32,000 nucleotides of DNA from Enterobacteriaceae endosymbiont of Donacia provostii (GTDB lineage Bacteria; Pseudomonadota; Gammaproteobacteria; Enterobacterales; Enterobacteriaceae): NCBI RefSeq assembly GCF_012570145.1, contig NZ_CP046206.1:152324-184323 (forward strand), in the 5' to 3' direction. Shown in pieces: positions 19,360 to 30,959 of the stretch. Within the stretch, counting starts at the first letter, position 1. Every line of letters begins with the position of its first letter. The notes beneath the pieces were generated by a model, which was not told the origin of the DNA, made no database searches, and worked only from the letters and a program-made list of their open reading frames with translations. A program made the translations under genes and the position numbers.

Positions 19360-20232
19360 ATGAAAAAAAAAATATATTTATTATATATACAACGTTTTTT
19401 ACCTAAATTTTTTTTTACAAAAATTTGCGGATATTTATCTAAAAAAAAGTTAAATATTATAACTACTTTCTTAATATTTATTTTTATTAAAATTTATAAA
19501 ATAAATATGAAAGAAACAAAATATCCTAATATTTTTTACTATAAAACTTTTCATAAATTTTTTATTAGAAAATTAAATATGTCTAATAGACCTATTGATA
19601 ATAATAAAAATCATATTATTCATAATTCAGATGGTATAATTAATGGAATTGGTAATATAAAAAAAAATAAAATTTTTCAATTTAAAGGTTGCAAGTTTTC
19701 TTTATATAATCTTATAGGACAAGATTATAATCTAAATAATATTTTCGATAATGGAAAATTTATTAATGTATATTTATCTCCTAAAAATTATCATAGAATA
19801 CATATGTCTTATACTGGAATATTATTAAAAATAGTATATATTCCTGGAACATTATTTCCAGTTAATAATATAATTTCACATAATTTATGTAATTTATTTA
19901 CTTTAAATGAAAGAGTTGTATTTTTATTTAAAACACAATTTGGCTTAATGATTAAAATATTAATTGGTGCTCAAATAGTTGGTAGTATTTATTCTTCATG
20001 GTACGGCCCGATTATACCTCCTAGAAAAAATAAAATTATTATTTGGAATTGGCCATATATTAATAATTTTTATAAAAAAGATTCTGTTTTTTTAAAAAAA
20101 GGAGAAGAAATAGGTTATTTTAGTATAGGATCTACTGTTATTACATTATTCCCCCCTAAAATAATAAAATTTAATCCTATTTTAAAAATAGGTAAAACTG
20201 TAAAAGTTGGAGAATTATTAGCATCATTTTAA
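19360..20232 (+). CDS. psd: phosphatidylserine decarboxylase proenzyme
   Basis: The N-terminus is collinear with E. coli Psd (YKINMKE...YKTFHKFFIRKL). Self-cleavage motif GST is present (FSIGSTVI). Confidence 0.93.
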   Translation: MKKKIYLLYIQRFLPKFFFTKICGYLSKKKLNIITTFLIFIFIKIYKINMKETKYPNIFYYKTFHKFFIRKLNMSNRPIDNNKNHIIHNSDGIINGIGNIKKNKIFQFKGCKFSLYNLIGQDYNLNNIFDNGKFINVYLSPKNYHRIHMSYTGILLKIVYIPGTLFPVNNIISHNLCNLFTLNERVVFLFKTQFGLMIKILIGAQIVGSIYSSWYGPIIPPRKNKIIIWNWPYINNFYKKDSVFLKKGEEIGYFSIGSTVITLFPPKIIKFNPILKIGKTVKVGELLASF

Positions 20233-20251
20233 AATATAAAATTTCTTATCA

Positions 20252-21229
20252 TTAAGATTTATTAATAGAAAAATTTAAAGATTTATGAATAGATTTTTTT
20301 TTTAATAAAAACATAATAAATCTATCTAAACCTATAGCCATTCCTGAACAATCAGGTATATTACCATATTTTATTGCTTTTAAAAAAAGATAATCTATTT
20401 TTTTAGAAGATAAACCCATTAATTTTCTGTTATTATTATCTTGATGAAATCTTTTTTTTTGTTCTATAAAATTATTTAATTCATGAAATCCATTACCTAA
20501 TTCTACTCCTTTAAAAAAAATTTCAAATCTATTTGCAAGATATGTTTTTTTATTTATTGTTTCTGTAGTTTTTTGTGTAGCTGGAAAATGATATATTATA
20601 ACTGGTTTTTTATAACCCAATTTAGGAACAATATATAAATTAAATAATATTTGTACATAATCATCAATTATTTTAGAATTAAAGTTTTTATAATTTTGAT
20701 ATATAAAACCAATATCTTTTATTAAAGATAAAATTTTTTTATATTTTGTTTTAAAAGGATTAATTTTAAGATATTTTAAAAAAATATTTTTATATGAATA
20801 TTTTTTAGGTTTTTTAAAACCAAATGTCATAAAAAATTTATTTACTTCTAACATTAATTGTGATAGATTGTAATCTTTATGATACCATTCTAACATAGTA
20901 AATTCAGGATTATGATATTTACCTAATTCTTCATTACGAAAACTATGACATATTTGATAAATAGATTTATTAATATTTGATGCTAAAATTCTTTTCATGT
21001 GATATTCTGGACTGGTAATTAAAAATAATTTTTTTATTTTTCCATAATTAATAAAATTAGTATTAAATTGTTTTAAATAAGGACTAGTATTTTCAAATTG
21101 TGTTAGTGTAGGTGTATCTACTTCAATAAAATTTCTTTTATCAAAAAATTTTCTTATTTTTTTTATAATAAAAGAACGTTTAATAATATCATTTATTTTA
21201 GTATTAGTTTTCCAATTAAATTTTTTCAT
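20252..21229 (-). CDS. epmA: EF-P--(R)-beta-lysine ligase (LysRS class II paralogue)
   Basis: Class II aaRS-like motifs (SPEYHMKR, HSFRNEELGKYHNPEFTMLEWY, GMAIGLDRF) without an anticodon-binding domain. 325 aa, as for PoxA/GenX. Confidence 0.92.
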   Translation of the reverse strand: MKKFNWKTNTKINDIIKRSFIIKKIRKFFDKRNFIEVDTPTLTQFENTSPYLKQFNTNFINYGKIKKLFLITSPEYHMKRILASNINKSIYQICHSFRNEELGKYHNPEFTMLEWYHKDYNLSQLMLEVNKFFMTFGFKKPKKYSYKNIFLKYLKINPFKTKYKKILSLIKDIGFIYQNYKNFNSKIIDDYVQILFNLYIVPKLGYKKPVIIYHFPATQKTTETINKKTYLANRFEIFFKGVELGNGFHELNNFIEQKKRFHQDNNNRKLMGLSSKKIDYLFLKAIKYGNIPDCSGMAIGLDRFIMFLLKKKSIHKSLNFSINKS

Positions 21230-21240
21230 TTTATGATGTA

Positions 21241-21810
21241 TTATTTGTAACGAGAAACATATTTTTTAGTTCTAGTATTAATTTTAATTATATCACCCTT
21301 TTTAATAAAAGATGGAACTTTTATAATTTCTCCATTACTTATAATAGCGTGTTTATTATTATGAATTATTGTATTTTTTTTTAATAAAGAATCTGTATTA
21401 ATTACTTTTAATTTAATAAATTTAGGTAATGTTAAAAATATTGGTAATGTATTCCAAAATGTAATTTTGTAATTAAATTGTGGAATTAACCACTTTTTTT
21501 TATTTTTAATTATTTTATCATTAATGATAACTTGTTCAAAATTTTCTGTATACATAAAATAATAAAAATTATTTTTTTCATTATATAGATACTTTAATGT
21601 TTTTTCTAAAATATCAGCAGTATTTAAATTATCAGTTGATTTAAAAGTTTTATCAATTAATTTTTCTGTAATTAAATTACGCATTTTAATTCTAACAAAA
21701 GCTTGTCCTTTACCTGGTTTTACAAATTCGTTATTTTCTATAATATAAGGTTGATTATTAAATATAAATTTCATACCAATTTTAAAGTTATTACTAGAAT
21801 AATTTATCAT
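21241..21810 (-). CDS. efp: translation elongation factor P
   Basis: 189 aa. The modified-lysine loop KPGKGQAFVRIKMRN is conserved. Confidence 0.95.
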   Translation of the reverse strand: MINYSSNNFKIGMKFIFNNQPYIIENNEFVKPGKGQAFVRIKMRNLITEKLIDKTFKSTDNLNTADILEKTLKYLYNEKNNFYYFMYTENFEQVIINDKIIKNKKKWLIPQFNYKITFWNTLPIFLTLPKFIKLKVINTDSLLKKNTIIHNNKHAIISNGEIIKVPSFIKKGDIIKINTRTKKYVSRYK

Positions 21811-21876
21811 TTTTTTTCTTTTTTTAAAATATTATTAATTTATAATATTATATATTTATATAAATAAAATATTTTT

Positions 21877-22854
21877 ATGAAAGAATTTTGGTTACAACAA
21901 TTATCAAATACTATTGATAATAATATTGATCTTCTTGAAATTACAAAAATAAAAAAAAAAGATAGAAAAAATTTTTTACAGAATAAAAAAAACATTAAAT
22001 TTAATATTAAAATACCTGTTATTTTTACAAGAAAAATAGAAAAGAATAATTATAAAGACCCAATATTACTACAGTTTATTGCACACAAAAATGAATTAAT
22101 TATTAATAAAAAATATAATATTAATCCATTAAATGAAAAATTTATTATAAATGGTATGTTACATAGATATAAAAATAGAATATTAATTCTTATAACAGGC
22201 ATTTGTGCAGTCCATTGTAGATATTGTTTTCGTAAAAATACTAAACAAATTAATTCAATTAAATTATGTAATTGGTACAAAATAATGAATTATATTCGAG
22301 ATAATAAACAAATTAATGAAATTATTTTTTCTGGAGGAGATCCACTTGTATTAAATGATTATAAATTAAATTTATTCATTAATGATATAAAAAATTTTAC
22401 ACACATTAAAATATTAAGAATACATACTAGAATAGTATGTATTATTCCAGAAAGAATTACTGTAAATTTACTTAAAATTTTTAGTAAATGTAAATTTAAA
22501 ATTGTAATAGTTACTCATATTAATCATTCTAATGAAATTAGTGAAAAATTATCTCATAAAATTTTTCTTTTAAAGAAATTAGGTATTACTTTACTTAATC
22601 AAAGTGTTTTACTAAAAAATATTAATAATAATGAAAATAGTTTAATTAAATTAAGTCATAATTTATTTAATATTGGAATATTACCATATTACATACATTT
22701 ACTTGATAAAGTAGAAGGAAGTAAACATTTTAATGTTTCAGAAAAAAAAGCTAAAAAAATTATAAAAAAAATATCGTTATCTTTATCAGGTTTTTTAATT
22801 CCTAAATTAACTAAAGATATTTATGGAAGTAAATATAAAAAAATTATTGTATAA
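21877..22854 (+). CDS. epmB: EF-P beta-lysylation protein, lysine 2,3-aminomutase-like radical SAM enzyme
   Basis: Radical-SAM CxxxCxxC (CAVHCRYCFRK), FSGGDPL and YYIHLLD. Divergent from efp, as in E. coli. Confidence 0.92.
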   Translation: MKEFWLQQLSNTIDNNIDLLEITKIKKKDRKNFLQNKKNIKFNIKIPVIFTRKIEKNNYKDPILLQFIAHKNELIINKKYNINPLNEKFIINGMLHRYKNRILILITGICAVHCRYCFRKNTKQINSIKLCNWYKIMNYIRDNKQINEIIFSGGDPLVLNDYKLNLFINDIKNFTHIKILRIHTRIVCIIPERITVNLLKIFSKCKFKIVIVTHINHSNEISEKLSHKIFLLKKLGITLLNQSVLLKNINNNENSLIKLSHNLFNIGILPYYIHLLDKVEGSKHFNVSEKKAKKIIKKISLSLSGFLIPKLTKDIYGSKYKKIIV

Positions 22855-22873
22855 ATTTTTTTTTTCAAAAAAA

Positions 22874-22896
22874 CTGTGCATAAAATAAATGCACAG
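22874..22896 (-). terminator. intrinsic terminator (distal) downstream of groEL
   Basis: ctgtgcat / atgcacag forms an 8-bp stem with a 7-nt loop. On the minus strand it is followed by TTTTTTT. Confidence 0.6.
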
Positions 22897-22941
22897 CTTC
22901 ATAATAGTAACAACTAAAAATCTTTTATTTAAATAAAAAAA

Positions 22942-22960
22942 TTTACTCTTGTAGAGTAAA
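22942..22960 (-). terminator. intrinsic terminator (proximal) immediately after the groEL stop
   Basis: tttactc / gagtaaa forms a 7-bp stem with a 5-nt loop. On the minus strand it is followed by TTTTTTT. The stem is weak (AT-rich). Confidence 0.45.
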
Positions 22961-22966
22961 ATAATA

Positions 22967-24625
<1,659 letters not shown>

Positions 24626-24687
24626 TTAAATTTATTTATATTTTATTATACTTTATAAAAATTTAATTTATATTTAATAATATATTT

Positions 24688-24978
24688 TTATTTTACGATA
24701 GCTAAAATATCACTTTCAGACATTATAAGAATTTCTTCATCATCAATTTTTTCTGTTTTAACACCATAACTATCATTAAATATAATTGTATCACCTTTTT
24801 TAACATCTAATGGTTTAACTACACCATTATCAAGTATACGTCCTTTACCTACAGCTAATACTTCCCCACGAGTAGATTTTCCAGCAGCAGAGCCAGTTAA
24901 TACAATCCCACCTGTAGATTTACATTCAACTTCTTTTCTTTTTACTATAACTTTATCATGTAATGGACGAATATTCAT
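24688..24978 (-). CDS. groES: co-chaperonin GroES
   Basis: 96 aa [14 protein letters not shown]...[14 protein letters not shown] Shine-Dalgarno upstream. Confidence 0.98.
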   Translation of the reverse strand: MNIRPLHDKVIVKRKEVECKSTGGIVLTGSAAGKSTRGEVLAVGKGRILDNGVVKPLDVKKGDTIIFNDSYGVKTEKIDDEEILIMSESDILAIVK

Positions 24979-25054
24979 TTTAATAACTCCCCTTTAAGAA
25001 GTATAATTTTATAACTTAAAATCTATTAATATATTTTTAATAATGTGCACTAAA

Positions 25055-25083
25055 AGATAAGGACATATAATCTATGTTTCAAG
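25055..25083 (-). promoter_or_regulatory. sigma32 (heat-shock)-type promoter of groESL
   Basis: Minus strand reads CTTGAAA (25077-25083), a 14-nt spacer, then CCTTATCT (25055-25062), against the consensus CTTGAAA-N13-17-CCCCATNT. It lies about 77 nt upstream of the groES ATG. Confidence 0.55.
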
Positions 25084-25164
25084 TCTTGTTATTAAAAAAT
25101 TCTTTTTTATAATAATTTTATTATACTAAAATATGAAAAATATATTAAAAATTAAATAAAAATA

Positions 25165-25194
25165 TTGACGTTTAATTATAATTTTTGTCATAAT
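25165..25194 (+). promoter_or_regulatory. sigma70-type promoter for tRNA-Phe
   Basis: TTGACG (25165-25170), an 18-nt spacer, then CATAAT (25189-25194), 16 nt upstream of the tRNA. Confidence 0.5.
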
Positions 25195-25210
25195 GTAATC
25201 GTTTGTTTTT

Positions 25211-25283
25211 GCCCGAATAGCTCAGTTGGTAGAGCAGTGGACTGAAAATCCCCGTGTCGGTGGTTCAATTCCGCCTTCGGGCA
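25211..25283 (+). tRNA. tRNA-Phe (anticodon GAA)
   Basis: gcccgaatagctcagttggtagagcagtggactGAAaatccccgtgtcggtggttcaattccgccttcgggca is close to E. coli pheV. No CCA is encoded (followed by ata). Confidence 0.95.
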
Positions 25284-25329
25284 ATATTATAAAATTACAA
25301 AATAAAAAATTTATTAAATTAAAATAAAA

Positions 25330-25356
25330 ATGCAGAAAGTTTTTTACTTTCTGCAT
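25330..25356. terminator. bidirectional intrinsic terminator shared by tRNA-Phe (+) and ompA (-)
   Basis: atgcagaaagt / actttctgcat forms an 11-bp perfect stem with a 5-nt loop, flanked by an A-run upstream and a T-run downstream. Confidence 0.75.
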
Positions 25357-25376
25357 TTTTATTAATTAACAAAAAT

Positions 25377-26612
25377 TTACTTTTTCTTATTAAGAATAAG
25401 ATTTTGTCGAATAATAAAATTTTTATAAAAATAACGGATTTTTTGATAATTATAAATTTTATAGAAATTATTATTCGTATTTTTAATATATATTAATTTT
25501 TTTTTTTCAAAAAAAAATTTTTTAATCGGTTTATATATTTTTAAAATTTTAATTTCAACATAACGATCTATAACCAAACATTTTTTAAGAAGTTTATGAT
25601 TATGAATTTTTTCACATTTTTTATTAATAGATAAATTATTTTCCAATCCTTTAACAAAAACTATTTTTGTTGATAGATTACTATTAAGAGATAATAAATA
25701 ATTAGCAATTATTTCTGCTCTTTTTTGAGACAAAAAATTATTTTTATTATTTGTTTCAAGAAAATCTGAATGTCCTAAAATTATTATTTTGGTATTAATA
25801 TCATTTAATGAATTATGTATTTTTGATTTATATAATTTATTTAAAAAAATTTTATCTTTTTTATTTAATAAAATATTTTTGGATTTAAAAAAAATTTTTT
25901 TTTTAAATATAACATTTTTATTACCATAATTGTTATAATAATAGTTTTTTGATCTATTAATTAACTTTTTTATTAATGGTATATGATGTTTATCAATAAA
26001 TTTATATATAATACTAATACTAAACATAAAATTATTTGTTTTTTGTCCTAAATTATCATTATTTAAACTACCGATATTTTTTATTATTCGATATTCAATT
26101 CTAGAAGATAAATTATCTTTAATTTGATATTCTCCTCCAAAAGAAAACAAAGGAGAAACATTATAATACAAATTATCTAAATTATAATATTTGTTACTAT
26201 TACTAGATTGATTATAGTAAGATTGAGCAAAAAATCCTCCTAAACGAGTATATAAATATAAATTTGTAAATACAGGATATCTAATATTAGTTGTTAATTG
26301 TATTCCTTTTACTTCAAAAAAATTTTTAATATTATTATCAATATTTTTTTTAATTATTCCTAACCAATCTAACCCTAATTCTAAACTGAGAAATTTATTA
26401 GTTTGATATCCTAAAAAAAGTCCATTTCCTAGTTTATTAAAAAAAGTATATTCTTTATCATCAATGTCTTTTCCTAACAATTTTATATTATTATATTGTG
26501 ATAATCCAAATGTAGAACCAAAATACCAATAATTTTTAAAGTTAGATTTAGCATTAGCAATATTATGAATACTCATCATAATTATTGTAAAAATAATAAT
26601 TATTTTTTTCAT
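25377..26612 (-). CDS. ompA: outer membrane protein A (beta-barrel plus OmpA-C domain) with extended C-terminus
   Basis: Signal peptide MKKIIIIFTIIMMSIHNIANA. Barrel start NYWYFGSTFGLSQYNN resembles E. coli NTWYTGAKLGWSQY. OmpA-C motifs ILGHSD...NNFLSQKRAEIIANYL and the Cys pair KKCEKIHNHKLLKKC...DRYVEI are present. Confidence 0.88.
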   Translation of the reverse strand: MKKIIIIFTIIMMSIHNIANAKSNFKNYWYFGSTFGLSQYNNIKLLGKDIDDKEYTFFNKLGNGLFLGYQTNKFLSLELGLDWLGIIKKNIDNNIKNFFEVKGIQLTTNIRYPVFTNLYLYTRLGGFFAQSYYNQSSNSNKYYNLDNLYYNVSPLFSFGGEYQIKDNLSSRIEYRIIKNIGSLNNDNLGQKTNNFMFSISIIYKFIDKHHIPLIKKLINRSKNYYYNNYGNKNVIFKKKIFFKSKNILLNKKDKIFLNKLYKSKIHNSLNDINTKIIILGHSDFLETNNKNNFLSQKRAEIIANYLLSLNSNLSTKIVFVKGLENNLSINKKCEKIHNHKLLKKCLVIDRYVEIKILKIYKPIKKFFFEKKKLIYIKNTNNNFYKIYNYQKIRYFYKNFIIRQNLILNKKK

Positions 26613-26751
26613 TTTTTTATATAAACCTTTTTTATAAAATAAAATTTTAATTTGTATTTTTAATTATATAAATACATTAATAATTTTTTTAAATATTTAT
26701 TTTTTTATTTAAAATGATATAACCTCATATAAAATTTAGAATTAATTTTGT

Positions 26752-27726
26752 TTAAAATATTTTATTAATATAAATGTTATTTTCCTTATATTTTTGAAAT
26801 CTTATCAAATTTTTTTTAATAAAATTATTTTTTAATAAAACCTGTATCCAAAATAAATTTGATTTAATATTTAATATTTTTAAAATAATTTGGCTCCTTA
26901 TAATTCTCCATTTTTTACTTTCATTATCTTTAAATTCTAATAAATTATTATATGATAGAATCATATTTGATTGAACTTCTAATAAAAATAATTTTTGATT
27001 TATTTTTTTTTTAAATATTAAACTATTAATAATTTCTTGTCCTAAATAACATCCTTTATGAAAATCAATAGCATGTATTTTATTAATACAAAATTGTTGA
27101 GGAAAAAATAAATTACAATGCGAATTCATATCTATAATATGATAACCAATTTTCATATAAAATTTATCCCAATAAATACTATTTTTTAAATAAAGGTTTT
27201 CAAATATAAAAAAATTTTTTAAAATAAAAAAAATATTTTCTTTAGATAAAATAAGAAAATTATATTTTTTCATGTATTTAAATTTTAAAAAAATATTTTT
27301 TTGGAAAAAATAAACTGTTCTCTTTTTTAAAGAAATATTTTTGTTTTTAAAATTTTTGTATATTATTTGATCTTTTTGAATATTTAAAATTCCAAAAATT
27401 TTTCTTTCTTTATTTAAAGAAATTTTTACTTTATATAAAAGTAAATATTTTTTTATATTTTCTAAATATTTTTGTAATATATTTTTTCTAATAATACATT
27501 GATAATTATTTTCACATATTTTAAATATGTGCATATTTGTTAAAACTTTACCTTGTGAATTACAATGAAAAGCATTAAAAAAATGCATACTATTATCTAA
27601 TTTATTTATATTAATAGTTAATTGATTTTGTAAAAAAATTTTACTATCAGAACCTTTTATTGTTAAAATTTGTAAATTATTTAATTCAACATAATTTAAT
27701 AAATTTATATTTTTTTTAGTATTCAT
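26752..27726 (-). CDS. ygfZ: folate-dependent tRNA-modification / Fe-S cluster repair protein YgfZ
   Basis: 324 aa with the diagnostic KGCYLGQE motif (FHKGCYLGQEII). Confidence 0.85.
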   Translation of the reverse strand: MNTKKNINLLNYVELNNLQILTIKGSDSKIFLQNQLTININKLDNSMHFFNAFHCNSQGKVLTNMHIFKICENNYQCIIRKNILQKYLENIKKYLLLYKVKISLNKERKIFGILNIQKDQIIYKNFKNKNISLKKRTVYFFQKNIFLKFKYMKKYNFLILSKENIFFILKNFFIFENLYLKNSIYWDKFYMKIGYHIIDMNSHCNLFFPQQFCINKIHAIDFHKGCYLGQEIINSLIFKKKINQKLFLLEVQSNMILSYNNLLEFKDNESKKWRIIRSQIILKILNIKSNLFWIQVLLKNNFIKKNLIRFQKYKENNIYINKIF

Positions 27727-27730
27727 TTTA

Positions 27731-30700
27731 TTAAATAAATCTTTTATGTAATTCTTGTAATGAATATACTTTAATTTTATTATTATTATTTTGCATTGAA
27801 ATTATTGTTGCTATAGCTCCATTAATTGTTGTATTATAATAAATATTGTTTTGTAATGCTAAAATCCTAATAAATTTAGAATTGTTAATAGATTTTTTAC
27901 CTTCTACAGTATTAATAATATAAGTATATCTTTTATTCTTAATAAAATTAATTATATTTGGTTTTTTTTCTGTAGCTTTACGAACTATTTTAACCATTAA
28001 TTTAAATTTTTGTAAAAATTTAGCTGTTCCATAGGTAGCTTCAATAATAAATCCATAAAAAATTAATTTTTTAACTAATGAAATAATTAATTTTTTATCT
28101 TGATTTTTAACTGATATTAAAACAATACCTTTATCTTTAATAAAAGATTTAGTACTTAATATTGTTTTGTAAAAAGCTTCACTAAATGTATATCCTATAC
28201 CCATAACTTCACCTGTAGATCTCATTTCAGGACCTAAAATAGGATCAACATTATCAAATTTGTTAAATGGTAATACTACTTCTTTAACACAATAAAATTG
28301 TGGAATAATTTCTTTTTTAAGATTTAAACTCTTTAAAGATTTCCCTATCATAACTAATGTACTCATTTTTGCTAATGGTATATTAATTGCTTTTGAAATA
28401 AATGGAATTGTTCTAGATGCCCTAGGATTTACTTCTATAATATAGATAATATTATCTTTAATAGCAAATTGTATATTTATAAGTCCACATACATTCATTT
28501 TAATTGCTAATTTAGTAGTTTGTAATCTTATTTCATTTAAAATTTCTAAATTTAAATTACGAGTAGGTAAAAAACAAGCAGAATCACCTGAATGTATACC
28601 TACTTGTTCAACATGTTCCATAATACCACCTATAAAAACATCTTTTCCATCACAAATTGCATCTACATCAACTTCTATTGCATTATCTAAAAATTTTTCT
28701 AATAAAATAGAACTATTATTTCTTATATTTAATCTAAAATAATTTTTTAAATCATTATCATTATATACTATTTCCATACATCTACCACCTAAAACATAAG
28801 ATGGTCTAACTATTAAAGGATAACCTAAAATTTTAGCTTTTTTAAAAGCATCATCTAAATTATTAATTATATAATTTGGAGATTGTTTTAATTTTAAAAA
28901 ATTAACAATATTTTGAAATTTTTTTCTATTTTCTGCTAAATCTATAGAAAAAGATTTTGTTCCTATTATATTTATACCTTCTTGTTCTAATTTTTTTGAT
29001 AGATTTAAAGGAGTTTGTCCACCATATTGTATGATAACTCCTAATGGTTTTTCTATTCGAATAATCTCTAATATATTTTCTAAAGTTATAGGTTCAAAAT
29101 ATAAACGATTAGAAATATCATAATCTGTTGAAACAGTTTCTGGATTACAATTAATCATTATTGTTTCAAAATTATTTTCACGTAAAATCATAGATGCATG
29201 TACACAACAATAATCAAATTCTATACCTTGTCCAATTCTATTTGGCCCACTACCTAAAATAACAATTTTTTTTTTATTATTATTAGGATTAGCTTCACAT
29301 TCTGTTTCATATGTTGAATATATATAAGCAGTATTAGTTTTAAATTCAGCAGAACATGTATCTACTTTTTTATATACTGGATGAATATTATATTTATATC
29401 TTAATTCTCTTATATTTTTTTCAGATGTATGTAAAAGATTAGCTAATCTAACATCAGAAAAACCTTTTTGTTTTAATTTAAAAAAATATTTTATATTTTT
29501 TAATTGTTTAATTCCTTTAAACTGAATTTTTTTTTCAGTTAAAATTATATCTTTTATTTGTGTTAAAAACCACATATCAATTTTAGAATAATTATATATT
29601 TCTTCAATAGAAATATTCATTCTTATAGCATCTGCAATAAATCTAATTCTATCTGGTCCTGGTTTTATTAATTCATTTATAATTAAATCATAAGAATTTT
29701 TATTATGAGTTTTATTTATTTTTACTGGTTCAAATCCATAAATACCATTTTCTAAGCTACATAAAGCTTTTTGTATAGATTCTTGAAAAGATCTACCTAT
29801 AGCCATTACCTCACCTACTGATTTCATTTGTGTTGTTAATTTATTATTAACATTATGAAATTTTTCAAAATTAAATTTAGGTATTTTAGTTACTATATAA
29901 TCAATAGAAGGTTCAAAAGCAGCAGAAATATTATTTTTAGTAATATCATTTTTTAACTCGTCTAATGTATAACCAATAGAAAGTTTTGCTGATATTTTAG
30001 CAATTGGAAAACCAGTTGCTTTTGATGCCAAGGCAGAAGAACGTGAAACACGAGGATTCATTTCAATAACTATCAATTTCCCAGTTTGAGGATTAATTGC
30101 AAATTGTACATTAGCTCCTCCAGAATTAAGTCCAATAGCTTCAATAATTGCTATAGAAGCATTTCTCATGATTTGATATTCTTTATCAGATAAAGTTTGA
30201 GCTGGAGCAACTGTAATTGAATCTCCTGTATGTATACCCATTGGATCTATATTTTCAATAGAACATATAATAATAGAGTTTCCATTTTTATCTCTTACAA
30301 CTTCCATTTCATATTCCTTCCATCCCATTAAAGATTCATCAATAATTAATTCATTATTAAATGATAATTTTAAACCATGATTACAAATTTTTTTAAATTC
30401 TGAAATATTATATGCTATCCCCCCTCCACTTCCACCCATAGTAAATGAAGGTCTAATAATACATGGAAAACCAATTTTTTTAACACAATTTATTGCTTCA
30501 TCTATATTATGAATAAAAAAAGAATTTGGTGTATGAAAACCTAATTTTTTTATAATTTTTGCGAAATAAGAACGATTTTCTGCTTGATAAATAGTATCAA
30601 TAGATACACCAATAACTTCTATGTTAAATTTATTTAATATATTATTTTTATGTAAATCTAAAACACAATTTAAAGCTGTTTGTCCTCCCATCGTAGCTAA

Positions 30701-30958
30701 AATAGCATCAGGTCTTTCTTTTTCTATAATTTTTGTAATAACTTCCCAATTAATAGGTTCTATATATGTTATATCCGCAATATCTGGATCTGTCATTATA
30801 GTAGCAGGATTAGAATTAACTAAAATTAAATTATACCCTTCTTCTTTTAAAGCTTTACATGCTTGAGTACCAGAATAATCAAACTCACAAGCCTGACCAA
30901 TAATAATTGGTCCTGCTCCTAAAATCATAATATTTTTTATATCAGTACGTTTTGGCAT
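27731..30958 (-). CDS. carB: carbamoyl-phosphate synthase large subunit
   Basis: Starts [30 protein letters not shown] (ATG 30958, directly after the carA stop). Duplicated ATP-grasp halves and a C-terminal MGS-like domain; 1075 aa. Confidence 0.97.
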   Translation of the reverse strand: MPKRTDIKNIMILGAGPIIIGQACEFDYSGTQACKALKEEGYNLILVNSNPATIMTDPDIADITYIEPINWEVITKIIEKERPDAILATMGGQTALNCVLDLHKNNILNKFNIEVIGVSIDTIYQAENRSYFAKIIKKLGFHTPNSFFIHNIDEAINCVKKIGFPCIIRPSFTMGGSGGGIAYNISEFKKICNHGLKLSFNNELIIDESLMGWKEYEMEVVRDKNGNSIIICSIENIDPMGIHTGDSITVAPAQTLSDKEYQIMRNASIAIIEAIGLNSGGANVQFAINPQTGKLIVIEMNPRVSRSSALASKATGFPIAKISAKLSIGYTLDELKNDITKNNISAAFEPSIDYIVTKIPKFNFEKFHNVNNKLTTQMKSVGEVMAIGRSFQESIQKALCSLENGIYGFEPVKINKTHNKNSYDLIINELIKPGPDRIRFIADAIRMNISIEEIYNYSKIDMWFLTQIKDIILTEKKIQFKGIKQLKNIKYFFKLKQKGFSDVRLANLLHTSEKNIRELRYKYNIHPVYKKVDTCSAEFKTNTAYIYSTYETECEANPNNNKKKIVILGSGPNRIGQGIEFDYCCVHASMILRENNFETIMINCNPETVSTDYDISNRLYFEPITLENILEIIRIEKPLGVIIQYGGQTPLNLSKKLEQEGINIIGTKSFSIDLAENRKKFQNIVNFLKLKQSPNYIINNLDDAFKKAKILGYPLIVRPSYVLGGRCMEIVYNDNDLKNYFRLNIRNNSSILLEKFLDNAIEVDVDAICDGKDVFIGGIMEHVEQVGIHSGDSACFLPTRNLNLEILNEIRLQTTKLAIKMNVCGLINIQFAIKDNIIYIIEVNPRASRTIPFISKAINIPLAKMSTLVMIGKSLKSLNLKKEIIPQFYCVKEVVLPFNKFDNVDPILGPEMRSTGEVMGIGYTFSEAFYKTILSTKSFIKDKGIVLISVKNQDKKLIISLVKKLIFYGFIIEATYGTAKFLQKFKLMVKIVRKATEKKPNIINFIKNKRYTYIINTVEGKKSINNSKFIRILALQNNIYYNTTINGAIATIISMQNNNNKIKVYSLQELHKRFI

Positions 30959-30959
30959 T

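Noticed and set aside
22050-22280. A 76-aa ORF antisense to epmB.
   Set aside because: This is a shadow ORF opposite a conserved CDS.
30621-30866. An 81-aa ORF antisense to carB.
   Set aside because: This is a shadow ORF opposite a conserved CDS.
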